Positions 63,855-64,000 of a DNA stretch of 64,000 nucleotides are shown piece by piece; position 1 is the first letter of the stretch, and each line of letters begins with the position of its first letter. The notes beneath the pieces were generated by a model. That model was not told where the DNA came from. It did not search any database and saw only the letters and a list, made by a program, of their open reading frames with translations. Position numbers and translations under genes: made by a program. The DNA is from Eledone cirrhosa (Eukaryota): positions 401,946,001-402,010,000 of the forward strand of contig OZ024740.1 of NCBI GenBank assembly GCA_964016885.1, in the 5' to 3' direction.

Positions 63855-64000
63855 GGTGGGCGTGGAGTGGAACCAGGGGGAGGAATGAGAAGGAGGGTGT
63901 GTGAAGCGGCGTTGGAGATATATAACTTTCGGAGTTTATGAAATTGGTTATTTGGCAATCAGTGTCATATGTATAGTATAAGTATTATGCATTCTGGTCG

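Overview
AT-rich, repeat-dominated eukaryotic (animal) DNA. The SINE families suggest an Octopus-like cephalopod, but this is inference from recalled repeat sequences. A large part of the window is (TA)n/(CA)n microsatellite, there is a 200-N gap at 41986-42185, and nearly all IY/HT/VC-rich ORFs in the track are spurious. No confident host gene was found. Recognisable content: (1) Penelope-like retroelements (PLEs): an open 5'-truncated RT + GIY-YIG frame at 53595-55379 with an inverted terminal arm, a second copy at 39327-41508, and a GC-rich frameshifted PLE at about 61715-63854. (2) Decayed LINEs (RTE-, R4/Dong-, Tx1/L1-, CR1- and Jockey/I-like), tRNA-derived SINEs and a non-autonomous Helitron. 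(3) At least 9 readable minimal type-I hammerhead ribozyme (HHR) motifs, plus several degenerate ones, in several unrelated short non-coding elements inserted in (TA)n. These include a highly structured 310-bp tandem+inverted HHR array (47824-48898) and a 320-bp HHR monomer family with an octamer-35 nt-TATA cassette upstream of the ribozyme (25213-25580, 16935-17160). Many insertions share one architecture: two head-to-head arms whose 3' ends both face outward into (TA)n. Best hypothesis: a set of retrozyme-like, self-cleaving RNA parasites mobilised in trans by (TA)n-targeting PLEs.
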